From: Acidobacteriota bacterium
GTDB lineage: Bacteria > Acidobacteriota > JBCCFW01
Assembly: GCA_039029535.1 (NCBI GenBank)
Contig: JBCCFW010000201.1
Span: forward strand, 1 to 13,132
Direction of reading: 5' to 3'
Length of the DNA: 13,132 nucleotides
Shown here: positions 1 through 5,128 of the stretch, piece after piece
How positions within the stretch are numbered: position 1 is the stretch's first letter
How the letters are laid out: each line of letters opens with the position of its first letter
Position numbers and translations under genes: made by a program
The notes under the pieces: model-generated
Told to the model about the DNA's origin: nothing
What the model saw: the letters and a program-made list of their open reading frames with translations, nothing else
Databases searched by the model: none

Positions 1-1
1 G

Positions 2-901
2 TTCAAGGCCGCCAAGAACGAGGTCGAGGTCGCCGGCATTCGCACTTGTCACGTCCGCGACGGCGCCGCGCTCGTCCGCTTCTTCCACTGGCTCGAGAAG
101 CAGGTCGCCGCCGGCGCGGAGATCAGCGAGATCGGCGCGGCCGATCAGCTCGAACAGTTCCGTAGCGAGGGCGAGCACTTCCAAGGGCTCTCGTTCCCGA
201 GCATCTCGGCCTTCGCCAGCCACGGCGCCCTGCCGCACTACCGGCCGCTGCCCGACGAGGAAGGCCATCGCGTCATCGACGGGAGCTCGCTCTACCTCCT
301 CGACTCGGGTGCGCAGTACCTCGACGGCACCACCGACGTCACCCGCACCGTGTGCTTCGGCGAGCCGACGGCCGAGCAGGTCGCGCGCTTCACCGAGGTG
401 CTGCGTGGTCACGTCGCTCTGGCGCGGGTGACCTTCCCGCGTCGCACCGACGGCAAGCAGCTCGACGTGCTCGCCCGGCTCCCGCTCTGGGAGACCGGCC
501 ACGACTACGGTCACGGCACGGGTCACGGCGTCGGCGCCTACCTCAACGTGCACGAGGGACCGCAGGGCATCAGCCCGAAGTCCCGCGACATCGCGCTCCA
601 GCCGGGGATGGTGCTGTCGAACGAGCCCGGGTACTACCTCGAGGGTGACTTCGGCATCCGCACCGAGAACCTGGTCATCGTGGAGACCCGCGACGACCAC
701 GGTCAGGACGGCAACGACTTCCTCGGCTTCGAGACGGTGACCCTCGCTCCCATCGACCGGAAGCTCATCGACGTCGACGCGCTCCTGCCGGGCGAGCGCG
801 CGTGGCTCGACGCGTATCACGCCGACGTCCGAGCGAAGCTCTCGCCGCTGCTGAACGACGAGGTCCGCACTTGGCTCGAGGCGGCGACCGAGCCCCTGTA
901 G
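2..901 (+). CDS. Xaa-Pro aminopeptidase (aminopeptidase P, peptidase family M24B), C-terminal portion. The 5' end lies upstream of the window.
   Basis: The frame is open from the window edge to TAG at 899-901. The translation carries M24 metal-ligand signatures (HGTGHGVGAYLNVHE, NEPGYY, GIRTEN) plus the extra C-terminal domain typical of three-domain aminopeptidase P. Confidence 0.85.
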   Translation, partial: FKAAKNEVEVAGIRTCHVRDGAALVRFFHWLEKQVAAGAEISEIGAADQLEQFRSEGEHFQGLSFPSISAFASHGALPHYRPLPDEEGHRVIDGSSLYLLDSGAQYLDGTTDVTRTVCFGEPTAEQVARFTEVLRGHVALARVTFPRRTDGKQLDVLARLPLWETGHDYGHGTGHGVGAYLNVHEGPQGISPKSRDIALQPGMVLSNEPGYYLEGDFGIRTENLVIVETRDDHGQDGNDFLGFETVTLAPIDRKLIDVDALLPGERAWLDAYHADVRAKLSPLLNDEVRTWLEAATEPL

Positions 902-920
902 TCGTCGGTCGGTCCAGGCC

Positions 921-1907
921 ATGAGCGAGCGTCTCGCCTTCGTCACCGGAGGCACGGGCTTCGTCGGCGCGGCGGTCATCCGCGCGCTGTGCGCGGAGGG
1001 CACGCGGGTGCGCGCGCTCGTGCGTCCGGGCTCGGACCGCAGCAACCTCGCCGAGCTCGACGTCGAGCTGGTCGAGGGCGACCTGTCGTCCCGGGAGGCC
1101 CTGCTCGCGGGGATGACCGGCTGCGACGAGGTCCATCACTGCGCGGCGCTCTACGCCTTCTGGTCGGCAGACCCCGCCGAGTTCATCGAGAGCAACGTCG
1201 AGGGCACGCGACGCATCATTCAGGAGGCCGTCGAGGCGAAGGTGTCCCGCTTCGTGCACTGCAGCTCGGTCGCGACGGTCGCCCCCATCCGGGGGAAGGC
1301 GGCGACCGAGGACTCGCAGGCCGACCCCGACAAGGCGCCCGGCCCCTACAAGCGGAGCAAGATCCTCTCCGAGCACGAGGCCTTGCGCCTGGCTGGCGAG
1401 GGCGCGCCGGTGGTGGTGGTCAATCCAGCGGCTCCGGTCGGTCCCGGCGACATCAAGCCCACGCCCACCGGCCAGATGGTCCTCGACTTCCTCGAGGGTC
1501 GGATGCCCGCCTTCGTCGACACGAGCCTCAACGTCGTGGACGTGGACGACGTCGCGCGCGGTCACCTGCTCGCCGCGCGGAAGGGTCGGGTCGGCGAACG
1601 CTACATCCTCGGGGGCGAGAACCTGACTCTCGAAGAGATCCTCGGGCTGCTCGCCGAAGCCAGCGGTCGCAAGGCGCCGACCTTGTGCCTTCCGCACTGG
1701 GTCCCGGAGATGGTCGCGCGTTTCTCCGAAGCCTGGGCCAAGGTGTCGGGCCGACCGCCCCGCGTCGCCTTGGAGTCGGCGCGGCTCGCCCGTCACCACA
1801 TGCGCTTCGACGACACCAAGGCCCGCGAGGAGCTCGGGCACTCCTCCCGCCCGGCCCGCGAGGCCCTGACGCGGGCGGTGGAGTGGTTCACGCGTGATGT
1901 CGGCTGA
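921..1907 (+). CDS. NAD(P)-dependent epimerase/dehydratase, extended SDR family (HpnA / dihydroflavonol-reductase-like sugar epimerase fold).
   Basis: ATG at 921 lies 20 nt after the aminopeptidase stop. The N-terminal Rossmann motif is FVTGGTGFVGAAV and the catalytic YxxxK is PYKRSK. The product is 328 aa and ends with TGA at 1905-1907. Confidence 0.8.
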   Translation: MSERLAFVTGGTGFVGAAVIRALCAEGTRVRALVRPGSDRSNLAELDVELVEGDLSSREALLAGMTGCDEVHHCAALYAFWSADPAEFIESNVEGTRRIIQEAVEAKVSRFVHCSSVATVAPIRGKAATEDSQADPDKAPGPYKRSKILSEHEALRLAGEGAPVVVVNPAAPVGPGDIKPTPTGQMVLDFLEGRMPAFVDTSLNVVDVDDVARGHLLAARKGRVGERYILGGENLTLEEILGLLAEASGRKAPTLCLPHWVPEMVARFSEAWAKVSGRPPRVALESARLARHHMRFDDTKAREELGHSSRPAREALTRAVEWFTRDVG

Positions 1908-1938
1908 AGCGCCCCACGAGCCGATGGAGAAGAGAGGC

Positions 1939-2712
1939 ATGCTGCACGTCCTCGGAGCGATCGCCCTGCTCGTCCTCGGCTGGGCGACCCTCCTCTTCTT
2001 CGCGCAGCGTCAGCTTCTCTTTCCTGCCCCCCCAGCCCCCGTGGCTCCCCCGCCTCTACCGACCGACGCCGAGCGCGTCGAGCTCGGACCCGACGCGGTC
2101 GAGGCCTTCTACTTTCCACCCCGCGGAACGACGCCCGGCCCCGTCGTCGTCTACACCCACGGCAACGGCGAGCTCATCGACTACTCGGTCCGCGAGGTCG
2201 AGGACCGACGACAGCGAGGGCTCGGGCTGCTCCTCGTCGAGTACCCGGGCTACGGTCGCTCGGGCGGACGACCGAGTGAGGCGAGCATCACGACGACCAT
2301 GCTCGCGGCCCACGACTTCCTGACCCAGCGTCCCGAGGTCGACGCCGCGCGCATCGTCGCCCACGGACGCTCGCTCGGCGGCGGCGCCGCCTGCGTGCTC
2401 TCGCGTCACCGGCCGCTGGCCGCGCTCGTGCTCGAGTCGACCTTCACCAGCGTGCGGGCCTTCGCCCCTCAGTTCGGGATGCCGGGCTTCCTCGTCCGTG
2501 ATCCCTTCGACAACCTCGGGGCAGTGAAGGTCTTCGACGGACCGATCCTCCTGATCCACGGTGACCATGACGAGGTCATCCCACCCTCGCACGCCACCGA
2601 GCTCGCCGACGCCATCGGCGGCGAGGTGCAGTGGCTGCCCTGTGGTCACAACGACTGTCCGCCACCGTGGTCGAGGATCGAGACCTTCCTGTCCGAGCAC
2701 GACTTGCTCTGA
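1939..2712 (+). CDS. Membrane-anchored alpha/beta-fold serine hydrolase, ABHD13/ABHD17-like (Hydrolase_4 type).
   Basis: One N-terminal hydrophobic helix (MLHVLGAIALLVLGWATLLFF) is followed by HGNGE, a GxSxG nucleophile elbow (HGRSLGGG), the catalytic Asp region (LLIHGDHDEVIP) and the His motif (CGHND). I prefer the ATG at 1939 because GGAGAAGAGAGG sits just upstream. In-frame alternatives are GTG 1894 (ORF-track start), ATG 1897 and ATG 1924. These overlap the epimerase stop. Confidence 0.75.
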   Translation: MLHVLGAIALLVLGWATLLFFAQRQLLFPAPPAPVAPPPLPTDAERVELGPDAVEAFYFPPRGTTPGPVVVYTHGNGELIDYSVREVEDRRQRGLGLLLVEYPGYGRSGGRPSEASITTTMLAAHDFLTQRPEVDAARIVAHGRSLGGGAACVLSRHRPLAALVLESTFTSVRAFAPQFGMPGFLVRDPFDNLGAVKVFDGPILLIHGDHDEVIPPSHATELADAIGGEVQWLPCGHNDCPPPWSRIETFLSEHDLL

Positions 2713-4029
2713 CGAAAAAAAGCCGCCCGACCGGCCCCGGACGATGCCGGGGCAGGCCGGACGACGTGCTCCCTCCCGCGCTCCCACGCACGCGACCGGC
2801 CTCGGTCTCCCGTGGGGGTTGCTCGGGGATCGGGAGCACCAGGGTCTCCCCCCTGTCATCCATTGCTGGCACGCGCTAGAGCTGCGAGCAGCTCGCTGGT
2901 GCGTGCCGACCTCGATCTTCGGCAGGACACCCTCGCCGACGACCAGGTTCACCGTGCCGACCCTCTCAGCCAGCTCGGCGTAAGCCTCCAACTCCTTCAA
3001 ACGCTGAAGGACCGGATGGTCCGCCATGACCTGCGCCGTCTGGGCCAGCGAGCGCGTGGCGGCCGCCTCCTCACGTCGGGTGATGACGTTGGCCTCGGCC
3101 TCCTTGCGCGCCTCGATGACCCGGTTGAGCAACTCACGCATCTCGCCGGGAAGGACCAGGTCCTTCACGACGACACGCTCGACCACGAGACCGACCGCCT
3201 CGGCCCGGGCTCGGACCTCGGCGAGCAGCCCCTCGGTCAGCGCGACGCGATCGGCGAGCAGCTCGTCCAGGGACCGCGAGGTCACCGCCTCGCGGGCGGC
3301 GACCTGCACGGCCAGGTAGAGCACCTCGTCCGCATCCTGCGCCGTGCCCACGAGACGCCGGGCGTCGGCCACGTGGTACTCGGCCGCCAGGTTGAGCCGC
3401 AGGCTCACGCGGTCGGAGGTCATGACCTCCTGGGCGTTCACCTTGAGCTGACGCTGACGCAGGTCGACGGTCGTGTAGCGCACGTCGTTCTCGACTCGCC
3501 ACGCGGCGTGACGACCCGGACCGAGCTCGGCGTCGACGACCCCATCGACGAGACGCAAGGCCACCGCACCCTGGGGCACGGTCGTCTCCACGTAGTCGGT
3601 GGACGGGACGAGACGCACGAGCTCACGCGCCAGCGGCGCCGTCTCGACGCCCGAGACGTCGACGATCTCCACGTCGATCGCCTTCTCCACGTGGACGTGA
3701 CCGTTCACGCGCCGACGGCTCGTCGCCACGGTCCAGATCGCGTGCTCGCCGTGACCCAGCCACAGCACCGGCACCCCGGCCCGACGCACGAGCGCTCGCT
3801 CGGTGCGACCGAGACGCACGACCTGAACGTCACCGTGCGCGACCAGCGCCAGCTCGTCCGGCCGCAGCCGTGCGAGGAGCACGTCGGTGTCGTGGTGGGT
3901 CACCGTCAGCGGACCCGGCCAACGCCAGAGCCGATGGACGCCCTCACCGAGGTACCGCACCGGTCGACTCCGTCGCGTGACGAGGACGCGCTCGCCCGGC
4001 GCGACCTCGATTCGCTTGCTGAGAATCAT
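2056..4029 (-). CDS. SPFH/band-7 domain protein (stomatin/slipin-like). No predicted transmembrane helix. The last ~290 codons of the listed ORF are probably not genuine protein.
   Basis: ATG at 4029 has a strong Shine-Dalgarno (AAGGAGAGAGTC) upstream. The SPFH core is recognisable (LGPGRHAAWRVENDVRYTTVDLRQ ... VKDLVLPGEMRELL ... coiled-coil EARKEAEANVITRREEAAA ... VNLVVGEG). Homologues end shortly after this point. Here the frame stays open, crosses the terminator at 2715..2762 and continues codon-aligned antisense to the hydrolase until TAG at 2056. Confidence 0.7.
   Translation of the reverse strand: MILSKRIEVAPGERVLVTRRSRPVRYLGEGVHRLWRWPGPLTVTHHDTDVLLARLRPDELALVAHGDVQVVRLGRTERALVRRAGVPVLWLGHGEHAIWTVATSRRRVNGHVHVEKAIDVEIVDVSGVETAPLARELVRLVPSTDYVETTVPQGAVALRLVDGVVDAELGPGRHAAWRVENDVRYTTVDLRQRQLKVNAQEVMTSDRVSLRLNLAAEYHVADARRLVGTAQDADEVLYLAVQVAAREAVTSRSLDELLADRVALTEGLLAEVRARAEAVGLVVERVVVKDLVLPGEMRELLNRVIEARKEAEANVITRREEAAATRSLAQTAQVMADHPVLQRLKELEAYAELAERVGTVNLVVGEGVLPKIEVGTHQRAARSSSACQQWMTGGRPWCSRSPSNPHGRPRPVACVGAREGARRPACPGIVRGRSGGFFSSEQVVLGQEGLDPRPRWRTVVVTTGQPLHLAADGVGELGGVRGWDDLVMVTVDQEDRSVEDLHCPEVVEGITDEEARHPELRGEGPHAGEGRLEHERGQRPVTREHAGGAAAERASVGDDARGVDLGTLGQEVVGREHGRRDARLTRSSARATVARVLDEEQPEPSLSSVLDLADRVVDELAVAVGVDDDGAGRRSAGWKVEGLDRVGSELDALGVGR
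2715..2762 (-). terminator. Intrinsic terminator for minus-strand transcription: a GC-rich hairpin followed by T7 on the minus strand.
   Basis: On the plus strand an A7 run is followed by the inverted repeat GGCCCCGG-acgatg-CCGGGGC(A)GGCCGG. Read on the minus strand this is a hairpin followed by TTTTTTT. It lies just outside the hydrolase stop and inside the read-through tail of the SPFH ORF. Confidence 0.5.
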
Positions 4030-4233
4030 GACTCTCTCCTTCCTATCCGAAGCAACTCGCCCATGGAAGAGGTGCCGGCCGCTCCCGCTTCGCGGTCACC
4101 GTCCCTCCGTCGTCTCTCGCCGCGTCCGCGGTGACGGGTCGTCGCTCCGATGGACCCGTCCACGAGCGACACGTCGCTGGTGAACGAATTGATCGAAGCG
4201 AGGACGTCGTCCCGGTGACGGGAACGAGGAGAC

Positions 4234-4254
4234 GACCGGTTCGGCGAACCGGTC
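4234..4254. promoter_or_regulatory. Perfect 21-bp palindrome GACCGGTTC-ggc-GAACCGGTC.
   Basis: It reads the same on both strands. It sits about 14 nt 3' of the tRNA end on the minus strand and about 200 nt upstream of the SPFH start codon. It could be a tRNA 3' processing or terminator hairpin, or an operator. Confidence 0.35.
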
Positions 4255-4267
4255 ACGGCCGACACCT

Positions 4268-4343
4268 TGGTGTGGATGAGGGGATTCGAACCCCCGACCG
4301 ACAGGTCTTCAGCCTGTTGCTCTACCTGCTGAGCTACGTCCGC
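4268..4343 (-). tRNA. tRNA-Phe (anticodon GAA)-like gene with encoded CCA. The acceptor stem carries two C-A mispairs, so it may be a variant or a pseudo-tRNA.
   Basis: The minus strand reads GCGGACG-TA-GCTC-AGCAGGTA-GAGC-A-ACAGG-CTGAAGA-CCTGT-CGGTC-GGGGG-TTCGAAT-CCCCT-CATCCAC-A-CCA. This gives a full cloverleaf: a D arm with G18G19, a 5-bp anticodon stem, loop CU-GAA-GA and a T loop TTCGAAT. Positions 2:71 and 6:67 are C-A, and position 37 is G rather than A. Confidence 0.65.
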
Positions 4344-4659
4344 GTTCTCGAATCTCTCGAGTTGCCTCGTGGCACTTGCCCGACCTTCACGCGCTCGATC
4401 GACGACCAAGCCCAGCCCGCAGCGACACCTGGAAGCTCCAGGCGCACCGGGAGGGCTGCCACGCCGAGCGCAGCCGAGCAAAGTCTTCTTCTGTTTGGTT
4501 TGGAGTGAACGGATGTGGTGAATGACGACGAAACGGACGGGTGCACGAGGCCCGCCTCCGCAGGGCTCATGCCGACTCCCTCCGCCGGCACGAGAACCCG
4601 TCACGTCGACACGGGACTCGTCTGACCCCCGTCACTCAGGTGAGCGACGGGGGGCTAGG

Positions 4660-4696
4660 ACGCGAAAAGGGCCGGTCCCTTGCGGTTCCGGCCCTT
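4660..4696 (-). terminator. Intrinsic terminator on the minus strand, downstream of the candidate small gene.
   Basis: On the minus strand GGGCCGG-aaccgcaaggga-CCGGCCC is followed by TTTTCGCG. It is preceded by two further hairpins (CCCCGTCACTC/GAGCGACGGGG, and CTGAGT..ACTCAG with GCAGC..GCTGC). Confidence 0.5.
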
Positions 4697-4741
4697 CCGA
4701 CGAGTGCAGCTTCGAGGCTGCGTGCTGAGTGACTCAGCGGG

Positions 4742-4906
4742 TCATCGGAGGACCGTCCCTTCCACGCCGGCGTCGGTGCCCCTGGGGGATCCGAGGCCGT
4801 CCAAGAGGGAGATCGCATTCGCGTCGGCAGGGCAGACCATCGCCTGGTGCCAGGGCGTGCTCGCCTTGGCCGCCGGACGGGCTGGACTGTCGTGTCTCGG
4901 GAACAT
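4742..4906 (-). CDS. Candidate small protein of 54 aa (MFPRHDSPARPAAKASTPWHQAMVCPADANAISLLDGLGSPRGTDAGVEGTVLR). Function unknown.
   Basis: On the minus strand a sigma-70-like promoter (TTGACC, 17 nt, TACATT) sits about 35 nt upstream of a consensus Shine-Dalgarno AGGAGG (GAGAGGAGGTCCC-ATG). The in-frame ATG follows (internal Met of ORF-track 4742..5020), then stop TGA, then three hairpins ending in the 4660..4696 terminator. Confidence 0.35.
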   Translation of the reverse strand: MFPRHDSPARPAAKASTPWHQAMVCPADANAISLLDGLGSPRGTDAGVEGTVLR

Positions 4907-4931
4907 GGGACCTCCTCTCGGAGCAAGAGAC

Positions 4932-4966
4932 GGGAATGTAAGACAGGCACGCAATGAGGTCAAGCC
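4932..4966 (-). promoter_or_regulatory. Putative sigma-70-type promoter for the small gene (-35 TTGACC, -10 TACATT). Coordinates are approximate.
   Basis: The minus strand reads cTTGACCtcattgcgtgcctgtctTACATTcccgtct. The spacer is 17 nt, and the segment is locally AT-enriched. Confidence 0.35.
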
Positions 4967-5043
4967 CACACTTTGATTTCGATGACATTGCGAGCCTTCA
5001 CGGGGCATTGCGGCACGCAAGCCAGCCCTCTCGCAGGCGCTGC

Positions 5044-5121
5044 CCGAACAAACACGAGGCCCCGAACTGTTGTTCGAACAGCTCGGGGCCCCAAGACTCG
5101 TCTCACCCGGGGTGAGACGAC
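5044..5121 (-). terminator. Tandem hairpins directly 3' of the giant gene on the minus strand. Likely its terminator.
   Basis: CGTCTCACCC-g-GGGTGAGACG occupies about 5099-5119, and GGCCCCGAACTGTTG-ttcg-AACAGCTCGGGGCC about 5058-5090. On the minus strand the second is followed by TCGTGTTTGTTCGG. Confidence 0.45.
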
Positions 5122-5128
5122 GGCACGT

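Noticed and set aside
765-1940. A 391-aa minus-strand ORF and a 302-aa plus-strand ORF (989..1897) overlapping the epimerase gene.
   Set aside because: They lie antisense to or out of frame with a Rossmann-fold gene that carries GxxGxxG and YxxxK. The translations are poly-Arg/Gly.
2812-4134. A 440-aa plus-strand ORF and several shorter ORFs (3026..3319, 3134..3502, 2561..2983) covering the SPFH gene region.
   Set aside because: These lie antisense to, or out of frame with, a gene with clear SPFH homology. The translations are Arg/Pro/Gly-rich low-complexity strings, typical of stop-poor alternative frames in high-GC coding DNA.
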